Shown piece by piece: positions 51,352 through 63,783 of a stretch of DNA of 64,000 nucleotides (position 1 is its first letter; every line of letters starts with the position of its first letter). The notes below the pieces were generated by a model, which was given only the letters and a program-made list of their open reading frames with translations, was not told the origin of the DNA and did no database searches. The position numbers were made by a program, and so were the translations under genes. The DNA comes from Owenia fusiformis (Eukaryota), in contig CAIIXF020000001.1 of NCBI GenBank assembly GCA_903813345.2, positions 25,544,001-25,608,000 of the forward strand. The letters are read 5' to 3'.

Positions 51352-51423
51352 CATAATTATGTTAAGGTATTCATCTAGCAGTTTCTAACATAATTCTGTT
51401 AAGGTATTCATCTAGCAGTTTCT
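51352..51423. repeat. 37-bp-period tandem duplication (2 copies)
   Basis: cataattatgttaaggtattcatctagcagtttct at 51352 and cataattctgttaaggtattcatctagcagtttct at 51389. Confidence 0.9.
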
Positions 51424-52111
51424 GAGGAGAAGGCGAGTAACAAATACTTGTCGATTACCTGCTTATTGTAGAGAAAAATTAGTTGATTAGCATAAGTTAG
51501 GTAAATGATGGTACGGGCAATTTGAGAGATGCATTGTTTTGTGGTCCTGTATGTAACCTATAATAAGGCAATCTATAAAATAAGGTACTAGTATATAGTG
51601 CAGTCTAGTATATTAGTGGATAATGAAAGAACAGAAGAAATCTGTTTTTGAATGCATTTCATCTATGACAAGGTCATAAAAAATAATATAAATGCGTAAA
51701 CCAATACTGTAAATTAAAGGACTGACGGTATAAGAAACATAAAGATGGCATTACTAACTTAATGATCAATATGTTTAATCCAGTGATGTATAACTACAAG
51801 TATATCAAATTAACCTTCACATTTGCTCATGTTTTTGGCAAGTTGTATCCAATGTCATGATGTCATACAACTACAACATATTTTCATATTATCATATTTT
51901 CCTATTGTATACATGTTGTAGCTTCTAAAATCTGAGATTATTTATGTACTCATCGTCAAGGTGGAAATAAACGTAAACTAATTAATCCATTGGGTAGCAA
52001 TTGAAAAATTCGAGATGTAAATGAGGCCAATATGAAAGTAGAACCGTGCACCACAGGATGGTGCATTAAACTTGATCATGAGACATCGAATGATGATCAT
52101 ACACACCATTG

Positions 52112-52296
52112 TTTACCACGAAATGTGGCGTAAAACAGGGAAGTACATTGTCCACAACTCTTTTTCTATTATTATGACCGATCTCCAGAATGACCTTTTA
52201 AACGAAAAAGGATTCCCAAGTTTAATGTGGATCGATGGTTTTGTCTTATTAGGAAAATCTGATCAAGATCTCAAAAAGATGCTCAACTGGGAATAA
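52112..52296 (+). pseudogene. Decayed non-LTR retrotransposon (LINE) reverse transcriptase fragment
   Basis: FTTKCGVKQGSTLSTTLF (GVxQGxxLSPxLF motif) from 52112, then a frameshift near 52165 into SIIMTDL...SLMWIDGFVLLGKSDQDLKKMLN, a degenerate (Y/W)ADD-box region. Confidence 0.8.
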
Positions 52297-54559
52297 TTTA
52301 CCAATTCAGCTAGCCAAAAAGAAGCTGTGATTTGAACACTACGTGTGCTACAAAATAACTGTCTGTGGGGTGAAATGACTACCTTAGGGACGACATTTGC
52401 TCCAGTGTTTCCATATGGGATATTGGGACAACATCAGCCATACATGTAGCTGTAGCAACTTTTACTGCCGCTTATAAGGGCACTCTTGGCTTTGAATGGA
52501 AAGGTAAAGGACAAATCTATTTTATAACAATAACATTTGCACTTTTGCCTCTTAAAACCAAAGTGAACTTAGTTCAATAAATTTATTGAATATAGCCATT
52601 GATCTAGCCATTGACAAACACCTTTTGTAGGTTTTATAAGGTTTACCCAATGTAAAAGTTTGAGAATAGATCGATGAATGATCCCTTCAATGCTGTTGTT
52701 GGGTGTAACAATTTACCATGCAAATAGACAAATCACACGACATTTACCAAAAAATATTTCTCCCTCACCGATATATGGTTTCTTTGATATCATACTTTCC
52801 TTATAAAACATTCACATATTACATTTAGGTAAGCAACACGATGGCGTAGATTATTAACATACAATATGTTGAGGCTTATAATGAAATGTTCAAAACGGAA
52901 GGACGGTATTCAAAAACTAGATTTTGGCGAATCTTATCAGTATATGACAATGTTTTTACTTTCAAGTATTCAACGAAGGTTTTCTGCATTCCATAAATTA
53001 ATTCATTCTTTCAGATCGCCCGATATGTAATATACACAATTATTAAACAATGATGACGTTATCATTGGACATGTGATGTTTTTGATACACGCAATTCGAC
53101 AAAAACTCCATGCTTTTAGATTAAATTTTGTCTCTCATTTCTTTAAATATATTTTCCTATTCTAGATTGATAGAACTTTACCTAATTTGACTTAATTATC
53201 CAAGTCAAGTTAATTAGCTTCAAGAAGTACTGGAAATAGTTAATGAATTGAGAAAATAGTAAAATTATAGAATTCGTAATTGTCATATCATTCACTGGTT
53301 AATTCTTTGAAAATGGATTTTGTTTTATTTTCATTATTTCTATTACTTATTTTAGATCGCGAAATAATAGATATTTTAACTTTTGTATCAGAAACAGGCA
53401 GAAAGACGATAATTGTATCCCAGCCTATTTGATCTAATATTATGTTCAATTAACAAAAATGCAATTTAGTACTTAATTTTAATACTTTCTAGATAATCAA
53501 TAAAAAGGAATGTAATTAGTGTAATCGGTTAAATGTTTCTATTTCAAATATGAACTTGTTTAATGTCGAAAATGAATTTAAGGATGAATATTATGAAATG
53601 TGCGAAATGCGTAATATATCGTAGTACATGTAAAACTCCTTTGGTGGATCGGAGGCCCTAGATAATTATGTCGTTGTCCCTCCCTCTGGATCATCCAGCT
53701 AAAACTGGCTAGAAGAAGATATGGAGATGCTCCGGGAAAATGCAAGAATAAAAATTGTCTTACAAGTCCTTGATTTAGATAGCTGAAGATGTTTTCGGCA
53801 TCAACTCTGTACACTACAAGTATCATTGTAGTGGAGCTAGTTGGCTAACCGAAAGGCATCGGGATAAGTAACAATGTTTTTTCTCCATTCAGCTGGGACA
53901 AAGCAAAATAGAATACTACCTGCATACGGAGTACATTGACCGAAAGTTCAATACTTGTCAAAAACGTATAGCTCATTTACCTTACATAGAAATCATTGAA
54001 AGCAAATAGGGCATTCACTGATAACAAAATTTAATGTGTGTTTATTTGTTTGTTCTAAAGTGGCAGTCATAACTAGAAATTGGAAATCGGAAATATAGTG
54101 CGGTAATCGCTGAAACAAGAAAATGGCCTTATGACGTGCACGGACCTGGGGACAATTCGGGAAATACGGGCTAATCTCAGCTTTACGCGTTAATATCTGC
54201 CTCATTTAAAAATCTTACTATGTGCTTTATAATCATTTTGAAGAATTTTTTATTCGCATTTCACTGAAACTATTTTAACTTGAAAAGTTAGATGGGATCT
54301 ACCATATTTTTAAAGTTAAATGTACCCCGGCATCGTCGAATACGCTGTACGACTAACATTTCACGAACACGGTTCGTTGAAATATCGGGATAACTTTTGA
54401 AATACTGATCAGAATTTTACTAAAAATTCACATTTTATTCTATGGAACATGTGCATTTATGACGTCACAATTGCATAACGGCTACAGTTCAAATTGTCTT
54501 ATATGAATCGAACGCTTTTAAAATTTTCAAAATTGTGTAAGGTTTTGAAGGCGAGGAGA

Positions 54560-54660
54560 CAAGCAATAAGTTTACCTTTATTTAACCTTCTTTAGGTCTG
54601 ATTTCAAAAAAAATTAACTGCACAATATTGTCATGGCGAAATTTACAAAACAATAACCGA
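54560..54660 (+). repeat. Dispersed repeat fragment, second diverged copy at ~61128-61240
   Basis: Shared blocks ataagttt, tttaaccttct, gtctgattt and aaaaattaactgcacaatatt occur in the same order at both sites. Confidence 0.65.
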
Positions 54661-55050
54661 TTTTTTTATTTTTCAAATAATATCAAAATAAGAGCTGATT
54701 TTAGAGACTTGAAAAATGTAACGCATCGATTTTTTACCACAAATTCCATACATACCAATTTTTACTAACGCCCCGAGTGGATTTTCCCCGGGATTTCCCC
54801 TCATCATTTTTCGTCCTCTAATTATTTCCAAAAACAATTTTGAAAAGCTGACGATATTTAAAAGGTTATAAATGATTAACCGTTAGTTAGATTTCAGACG
54901 GAATCTCGGAAAATATTTTTTCATCGATTTGATACCAATTTCATTGAATTCGGATAAAATATTTGGTTGGCCTAATTTTTGAGCATAGATGCAGTAAATC
55001 GAAATCGAATCGAGATATCGTTCCCTACTTTTTTATAAGGAACACATATC

Positions 55051-55317
55051 AACAAGATGACTTGGAGAAGCTGTACACCTCAGACAGATCACCTCAGGTT
55101 TTTCTATTGTGTTTTAGATATTAGATCGCAGAATGTCCACAACTCGATTATAAACCATGATTTAACAAGGCATTAACATGCAACATGTCACCACCTGCCA
55201 TCTGTTACAGACGCCGGACGCCAAACACCAATGCAACCGCCGAACGCCGAGCATCGTCCATGAAAAAGCTGAAGACCATAACAATATGTCACCACACTTG
55301 TGGTGGTAACATGAAAA
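55051..55317 (+). mobile_element. Non-autonomous Helentron/HINE-like element
   Basis: Starts aacaagatga, contains an acagacgccggacgcc microsatellite-like tract and a 3' hairpin atgtcaccac...gtggtaacat (55286-55312) followed by As. Its head recurs inverted at 59789-59832. Confidence 0.5.
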
Positions 55318-56665
55318 CAGAAAGATGTCGTGAGTATCAGAATTGGCCAAAATCGTTAATACAACAAATCCGATCACCCCTAACATCTGTGAAATTCACA
55401 TTAAAGTCATTAGCACCAACTCAAATCATCACTCAGATTGCATCGTGGAGATGGTAAACCACTTAAATTGTGCGGATTATAAAAATTAATATCAACACAT
55501 GTAAGGATACTGTGAATTTTAAAGACAATGAAAAGCAAATAAAAGTAACTCATGACAACTTTGAGCTATGTATTCTCTCGATATGCCAATGACTTGAGAG
55601 CGGCTACAAAGCGAAAAACGTTATGCTCTGCTTCATTTCTTTAAGAGACTCATTTTACCATAGACTGGAAATGAATGGAGTGGGCATTCTATTTTGCACT
55701 CATTTAAAGACAATAAATCATATTGTATTAGAACGATGTTTTAAAAGTTGTTCAATCAATATAATATACATGTTTTACTTTTTTGACGTAACATTCATTT
55801 TGACAAAGTTGTAAAGTTATTAATGAACACATTCGGTGAATTGGGTATCGGTGGTGATTTTAATACAGTTGTAATCCTTGTAATGATTATTGTCTGAAAA
55901 ATTTGCAAAAAATAAGAAACTGATCTAATCTACGGGGGGAGAATCAACATTTCACATAAAGACAAAAGCTCATGAAGAACAGATTGTTCATCTGATTGAG
56001 TGTACATGTGTTAATAACCAACAAGCAATTGCTTAAAAAAACTTTTATCTTGCTCCATTCAAGGTTTTCTGTGATCCACGGTATGTACTATCCCCTGTTG
56101 GAAAAACTTTAGACAACGAGAAACTCTTATAAATCGAAATGCGTTAGAAAATGATAATTAACTCTTAACCATTAGAAATAATTAAGGTACTGTGAGAAAT
56201 ACATTCATGGGATATAATATTGAGTTGATAAGTAACGGTAATTAATCATGCTAATTCTATTTAAAAATATTGGAATTAGCTATTATTTTGCGCTTTTGAA
56301 ATGTTTTGGCTATTTAGAAATTGACTTCACATTATAATCATTAAAAAATCAATTTCGGTAGAAGTTTTATTTAGTCGATTAATGGTATACAAATAAGTGT
56401 AGCTTAAGAATGGACAATTTCAATGTCTCTATCTTTGCCGCAGGAACAATGGTAATTATCATACGGAATCATAGACCTGTATTAAATAAATGAACAGCTT
56501 AAAATAAGCCTGGTAACTTAGAGGTGACACTACGCATTTTGTTCGTGATCTCACTATTAATTAGTAAAGTCCACATGGCCTGGGCAACTTAGATCCGGAT
56601 AGTTTTTAAGATATCCTTGAAAAGGGTATTAGCTAGGGAAGATGGTAACATTGAAAGAGACTTAC

Positions 56666-57086
56666 CATTAGAACTTATGATATCATTTGTTGCTGATGAA
56701 TAAATATCGTTTGACTTCTTTAGATTCAGTTTCCTTACTCCCCTTGCCTTGATAATTTGGCGTTGTAAAATAAATTTTACCAACGACTTGACTAAATTTA
56801 TTTTGCTTGAGTTGCGACCTTTGAATATTAGCCGATTTTCCGAATTGTACCATCGTTTATGTATCTTGGCTTTCTCATGTTTAAAATGAGACGATTTCCT
56901 CAATAATGAACTATGATTTTTATAATCCAATATAATGTCAATCCACAATTTCTGATTGTTAAAGTTGACATATCTTTGATTGTTAGTTTGTGTAAATTGT
57001 GATCGTTGCACTCTGTTTTGGCTTGAAAAATCAAGCAACAAAAATAGTATCCATAATTTGAGAAACATTGACAAATTCCAAAACAT
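56666..57086 (-). CDS. Probable first coding exon of the giant protein: signal peptide plus basic pro-region (140 codons + 1 nt)
   Basis: Longest non-repeat ORF (56589..57086). ATG is in an AAAATG context and the N-terminus MFWNLSMFLKLWILFLLLDFSS is hydrophobic. A perfect GTAAGT donor follows codon 140 plus one base, on the same strand and in the same phase as the repeat exon. Confidence 0.7.
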
Positions 57087-59203
57087 TTTAAGCCTATATA
57101 TTCTTGTTCATGTTTCTACTGCATCGTGTTATAAAATATTGTCTAGAATACCACTATATTTTTGTAGATGTTTATCACAAAACAAATAAAGTACAAAAAA
57201 CGAAATGTTTTCAATACAGAGGTGCGTTCTACATTATCAGTGGGGGGTATTACTTTTTAAACAATACAACTTAAAAATTGTTGACATTACAAGTTCATAT
57301 TCAGAATTCGGTGATTTACATATTGTCACCACAGTGTATTATAAAATATGCTTATAAAAATATGCCATAATAACTTAAATCAGAGACATATAAAACAGTA
57401 AAATAGTTATGTTTTTTCATCAGTACTTTTTGAACACCCTGTATTTTCTTAAATTGTTTTGTATATGCGTTACGCCAAACAAAACCATTACTTATATGGA
57501 ACTAATACAGTCTAGTCTAGTCGATGAAATTCTACATTCAGTCTTAAAAATCGATTCATTCGCTGAATGCGTGTGATCGCGTGTATTTGAATTTCTCTAC
57601 CTTATGAGGTCATCATTTATGACACACAAGTTATTCTTGAGATGCCCTTGTGGTTTACAGAAAAGGAACTTCCACTTTACTTGAATGTTGTTCCGGTAAG
57701 AATGAATGCCATTGCCAAAGAATTATCCTCTCTCCATTAGTTACAGTGAACTATATAACGCGTACGATTATTTTCAATACGTTTACGTTTAATACGGGAC
57801 GGTTGATTTAATTCGTTTAAATTAGATGTAAATTAGTTAATGGGGCAGTTTATATTTTCATTCTATATCATTAGGAGACAGTTTTAATCACAACGGTGCT
57901 ATTATTTTTAGATAACAATTATTACAGTTAGATAAAAAGTACACTCTAAAATTATATAGTACTGATTCTACATAAGAAAATCCATGGTCATTGTGAATGC
58001 AGTTTTTGGTAATGAGATATTTTGACTAATATTAGCTGTAATAAATCTTGTATAAAGGTAACAAAACATCCTTTCTTAACTATATGTACACAATGTGAGA
58101 AAGAGTCACTATTTATATTTCCGATCCTTTATTCATTGTATGTTTTGGATTCCAAAAAAATGTTTTGTACAATAAAGGCCAATAAACAAAACAAAATAAT
58201 CTGTCTCTATGAATCTATTGTGTCTTTGTAAATAAACTTATAGGCCAATGCATTGGGTTTCTTCTCATCTGTGATGACTAAACCGTTTCTTTTTATCCAC
58301 TATGATACATGTTCGTGTACATATTCCAATAGTTGCAAAAGTAGAATCCTCAAGTAAAGGCATTGCTGTGTTGGAAACAAGATCGGAAGGGTTGGTATAT
58401 AATAGGGGAAACGGGGCAAAACATATTTACACGTATTGTCGCAATTGCTTAAGTATCAAATCTCGCATGCAACCTTAAAAATAGTTTCAATTTTAGAATA
58501 TTTTGTCTTGGTCTCAATAAGTGATATAATGTTTATCAAGCAATAGAAAAAAGAAAATGAATAATTCTGATATCCAGACCGCATTAGATATTATACTGCA
58601 TGATATAAGCGTACGATGTGAAGGGTACGACGACGTGCTCCGATACACTCTTACTTTTTTACTTTTTTACAGGCTATATTTACACGCTTGATTTATGAAC
58701 GTATACTGTATGGTAAATATCCAGATCTTACTGTATCAATGGCAGTTTAGTCTCCACCCAAGTTTGCTATAGGCGGAACCCATTGCATTAGCTATAGAGT
58801 GGCAAAAATCTCAAGGTACAATAAATCTTAATTTAACCATAATGTGGGTAATGAATTTTTCATAACACTAACGGCCAGGGGGTCAGACAAACCCTCCCCC
58901 ACCCTTAGCGTTTCCAGAGTTGACGAGGTACAGGTAAAATTTAGGTACAACATTAGAGGTCATTCAATTCGCTCGAGGGAGGCGCATTAAAATTACAAAA
59001 GTAGTAGGTTAAATGAGGTCAAAAGTAGGTCAAAGTAAAATGACAACGAATATGTAGACACATGTAACTGATGTAAATCAGCAAACGAGCCCAATGCTCT
59101 GGAGTCACATGGAGTTTTTCGTGGTAAAGGAGTTAGACACAATCACTGATGAAAAGCCGTGTTTAACTAGAGTTAACCAAAATTTTCAAAAAGGTCTTAA
59201 ATA

Positions 59204-59551
59204 TCCTGTTCAAGAACCCCTATTCTCACTTATTAAAATGGATTCTAGAAACACACTCCCACGTGGATCTTTACTTGTTGAGACTCGATCCGATTTGAGT
59301 TCTGAGTAAATGAGGATTTTGTACCTGTACCCGTGTATGATACCATGATGATATGCAGTTTTTAAGTCAAGTGTGTATATCCCCGCCCCCATATTAAGTC
59401 AATACACTCTTGCTGAATCATCATTTTCTCAGAACTCAAATTGATGAGTCGTCTCAACAACTACGTACATGTAGAGCCATGTGTTATAGTATAACTAGAA
59501 GCGGGCTTGAATCCGTTTTAATAGTGAGAATAGGGGTTCTTAAACAGGACA
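59204..59551. mobile_element. MITE with ~41-bp TIRs
   Basis: tcctgttcaagaacccctattctcacttattaaaatggattc (59204-59245) versus gaatccgttttaatagtgagaataggggttcttaaacagga (59509-59549). Confidence 0.8.
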
Positions 59552-59788
59552 TCGGGGTTGCTTTTAGAACTTTTTGTTGGCTCTCTGTAGTCTATAAACT
59601 ATATTCAAAGATATGTCCTTTAGAACTGAAACGACTTTTAGTCCATGAGCTGCTCCAAAAAATGATATGTCGTTGCCCGATACACCAACTTTTTTTTTCT
59701 GGGCCAACCTTAGGGGGGGAGGCGGGCCCCATGGGCCCCCCCCCCCCCGGATCCGCCATAGAAACGTACCAACAGAATTTCAGTTGAG

Positions 59789-59832
59789 TCTGTTCTGAGG
59801 TGTACAGCTTCTCCAGCTCATCTTGTTGATAT
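59789..59832 (-). repeat. Inverted copy of the head of the 55051 element
   Basis: Reverse complement atatcaacaagatgagctggagaagctgtacacctcagaacaga matches 55046-55088. Confidence 0.8.
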
Positions 59833-60653
59833 TCTACCTGAGCATTGATAGGTCTTGATAAGCGTTTTTAGCATCTTTGTATCGTCTCCGAATCTGATTG
59901 GTACAAATAATACTGGACAAATATTTTTCTTTTTATGTTAGAAAGCATACATGAATATACTTGTTAATTATTTCTGGCAAGGAAATGCCCAGAATTTTTC
60001 TTAATTAGAAAGTTTTGTTTTTATTTTCAATCAAAGTAACGAGTAGAACTGTTGGAAATGTGGTAGTTTATCCATAGATACAGGGTGTCCATAAAATCGC
60101 TTTACAATTATACGTTTTTGTATACTCCCCTCCATAAGTACACTCCCCTCCACTCATGGACTGTCTCTATCCCATTTACACTCCCTTCCATAAGTTTGGC
60201 AACCTTAACTCCCCCATTGAACTACATGTTAATAAGCCTCTTTACGTTTGAATTTTTATTTACTTGACTTGCGATGAAAATACTTATACTGTTGATGGAA
60301 ACGTAATTTGACTTTATTTCCAATACCTCCAAATTTTCTCAATTTTTTCCTCAATTACAATAGGTCGAAAATTGATGATAAATTCGATGAATTTTTGAAA
60401 ATCGACATTCCCATGTTAACCAGTGTTAACCAAACATTAATGTTGTTTTGAATATACCCTATTCCCCGAAACATATTTGCCTTTTCGAAAAAACTGTATC
60501 TTGAACCTAAAAGTGATAAGTGTGCTTATACACATTCATCATTTAAAGAGTGCATCCCCTGACAGGGTCCGCTTCAAGAGACATGAAGGCCATGAAGAGA
60601 GGAACAGTGGACTGTAATCGGATTTGACTAAACAGAGCCAAAAAGCAAGACTA

Positions 60654-60728
60654 ATGTCCTGTTTAAATCCTTATTCAACCCTTACTTGTTGAGACTCGAG
60701 TAAAAGTATGGGTTCTTAAACAGGACAT
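60654..60728. mobile_element. 75-bp deletion derivative of the 59204 MITE family
   Basis: TIRs atgtcctgtttaa / ttaaacaggacat. Internal ttacttgttgagactcga is shared with ~59271. Confidence 0.75.
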
Positions 60729-61322
60729 TGAAGCCAACTTCAGAAAATACGATGAATGAAAAATAATATTTTCCTCCAGGTTGACCAACATAATTTAAGA
60801 AGTTGTAGATAGTCAATGTCACTGTGTAGACTGATATATTCTGTCAAAAAGTCGAATATGCGAGAGAACTTGATTATAATTTTGACAGACAGTTAACGAA
60901 ATTAATGTCTTTAAAAATCCCTGCTAGTTATTCAACGGTTGTCCGATTTGATAATTGTATATCAATGGTATCTTCTAATCTTTTATGACATGCGACCCCG
61001 TTTTAAACAATCACACATGGCACGCTTGACAGTGATATAATTCATTTTATCCGATGGATACTAAATATATATGGGGATGACAACACAAGATAATTCTGGT
61101 ATGCGCCAGGGCGAAGGCGAAGGGGGTGAGCGATAAGTTTGACTTAATTTAACCTTCTGATCTGAAGTCTGATTTGAATGAAAAATTAACTGCACAATAT
61201 TATATTTTTGTGTTGCCTAAACTTGACAAACTGTAACGCTCGTAGTTTTTGACGTTATAAGACTACTATTTGCGCTCTATACTGCCCACTCGTGGAGATG
61301 GGCGATATCCACTCATGGATAA

Positions 61323-61740
61323 ATAAGTGTTATGTACTGGGAGGTTTTGGATATGGGGTTTATCCAGAGGGAGATATGCATATCTACCTGAGGGATGAAG
61401 GATGAACCCCATATCCAAACCGACCGTACATAACTGCTTTATCCTATACCAAGTAGAGTTTTCTAATTTTCTTTCAATTATTTTTTATTTTTTCACATTT
61501 TACTAATTTTTTCCATTTTTTTTTCTTTTCAATTTTTTATTTTTTTCAATTTATTTTCACATTTTTTCTTTTTTTCAATTTTTCTTGTTTTTCAATTTTT
61601 TTTCGAAGCGGGAAGATATGCCCTGGAGCGGGAGATATGGCGGGAGATATGGAGGTTCGGGATATGGAAACCTCAAAATCAGGATACGGGATATATCTTA
61701 GCAACTTATCTCCCTAAAACTCTACTTGGCATAGGATAAA
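61323..61740. mobile_element. Non-autonomous element whose internal region is complementary to both termini (Crypton/DIRS-like architecture)
   Basis: 61329-61365 pairs with 61400-61434, and 61438-61462 pairs with 61716-61740 (24/25). The two internal segments are adjacent. Confidence 0.6.
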
Positions 61741-63531
61741 AAATGGTATCCCTCAAAGATCATAGGATATCATCTATTTATGTTTGATACCTAGCCTACT
61801 GATACATCGCAAAAAAATCCAGCCGTAATACACTATGGTGCTCCATTGTGAGTTGTGACGTAATTATGCTATTTTACAAGACAGGTTTTATAAAATAACG
61901 GCGCAAGTTATCATGATCATGATGATTCTGGTACCAAAACAAAATAACACATTGTATTTGTTTCATCCCAACATACCAGCATACTCTGGTAAATGTTATT
62001 GAAAATAGAATGTCGAAAAGCAACACGATATATAAACCACAGGATATAAACATGTAGTTTAGCTGGAAGTTTATCGTAAATATAAGGGAATAATAACCCC
62101 CCTTCTTTTGACGGTCTTTCAATGCAAAGGAAGAGTTATTCGAATAGTATAATTCAAAGTATTCTTTATATCAATAAAGAATCTTATTTATGTTACACCC
62201 AACATTCAACTATAGCTCTGAAAGTTTCAATAACAATGAATCTATACAAAATCAAACTCTACTTAAAAGGACGTCTCCAATCGATAAAAAAAGAAATCGG
62301 TAGAAGGTGTTAGACGTTTGTGGGCGAACAATAGTTTACGTATCTTTTCCAAATATTGACGTGAAAATAAACAGTTTAACAAGTAAAATTGTAAGGTTAC
62401 GGTGACGTTGTAATTGACTCTGATCAGTCGAATAAACTTGATCTTCATTTACCAATTCATTTTCCTAAATCAAATCAAAATATTGTACGCCACGTATTTG
62501 AAAACAATAATTTAAAGTTGCCATTTTAATCATAGATAAAAAATGAATTACGTAAATAGCCAATACTGATAGTCCAATGATTGTTGGAGCCGGTCTCCAA
62601 TATCGTGGAATTAGACCTACCGTACATTTTTGTGAATTTATTTATAACGCAATAGACTTTGAAATTATTTTGATTTAATTCTGGGTCTCTGAGTTTTCAT
62701 TAAACTCTGAGTCAGTTCAGAAGATTGTAACCACCAGAAATGGGGTGCAATGAATTTTATTTTGTATTTGTGCAACCTTTTTGAGTCTTGACTTTTAAAA
62801 AATAGCTAAATGTATAGTCTAGAATTCTATCAAATGAAAGCCTTTAGAAAGAGAGGGCATTTTGGCGAGCACCAAAGAGACTTGATTCAAAATAATCCTT
62901 CATATCTTACAAAGAAAATTGTGAGATTTGCCAAGGTAAACGAGTGTACAAAGGCACTAATTAGATAATTAATTAATATAGCATTCCTTATTTATTTTTA
63001 ACTAGTTCAATCAATACAACCACTGTTGATCACCATATAGATACCAAAATAGCTATGGTCAACGTCTCCAAATTGTTTCATGCTGGACAATGTGCCAGTG
63101 TTTTGAAAATCCATAGATTACAGGTACTCAATTGCCGCTAATGTTTTTATATAAATTGCCGCTAATGTTTTTTATAAAACTCTGGCAATCAATTACATGT
63201 CTATTATTGTTAACCAAGGGGTTTAATTTAATGTATAAAAAACAAAAACAAAATAGTACTCAATCTGCTTTGATTGATTTTACTGAACTAGTAAACCAAT
63301 AATCAGAATCACACTACAGCATTGCAGCATTGTCTGCCCCTCAGATTCTCTCATAAGGCAGTTACTGTATCTCTTAGATCACATAAAAGTAAATGCTAAT
63401 TTAATAAACCAAAATAGTTATTTTACTATACTGTAAGTAACCCATAATCAAGTCACGTTGTATTATGTGTTAAAGGTGCAACAATTGCAGGGGGGGCATT
63501 CAACAATCATCGACCAGTGTCAAAATATATT

Positions 63532-63783
63532 TGAGCCAGGCCACAGGAAAAGGGGTCCTATCACCGATTTTTTCAATATTTTGATTTTTTGTTTATCTTA
63601 GAAAGCACAAAGAGACCTTTCAAATGAGCCATGGCTTATGTCTTAGAATTTTTCCTTGCATAATTAGACCAAAAATTCGGATTTGAATTTAGCACATTTT
63701 CCTCTTAATCTTGGGCACATTTTTGGCTCTGTAGCACAGTTCTAATTCTTGTGATAAAACCTGTTTTCCTATGGCCAGGCTCA
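63532..63783. mobile_element. MITE with imperfect ~33-bp TIRs
   Basis: tgagccaggccacaggaaaaggggtcctatcac versus gtgataaaacctgttttcctatggccaggctca. Confidence 0.75.

Larger units (their letters stand above)
48418..56665 (-). other. Predicted phase-1 intron (8248 bp) joining the signal-peptide exon to the repeat exon
   Basis: Donor AATG|GTAAGT at 56665 and acceptor tttaatttcAG at 48418 are both phase 1 (G+AA = GAA). No convincing coding exon found between them, but small exons cannot be excluded. Confidence 0.65.

Noticed and set aside
53986-54109. Minus-strand acceptor/donor pair (ttttcttgtttcAG ... GTAAGG)
   Set aside because: Stops in all three frames, so it is not a coding exon.
55800-55893. 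Strong minus-strand acceptor (ttttttgcaaatttttcAG) as a possible extra exon
   Set aside because: All three frames reach a stop with no good donor beforehand. It could be a short alternative last exon but has no support.
58768-59760. Possible element bounded by taggcggaaccca and cccggatccgccata
   Set aside because: The terminal match is too short and degenerate to define an element.
63130-63176. 24-bp tandem duplication (aattgccgctaatgttttt...)
   Set aside because: Ordinary slippage duplication with no further structure.
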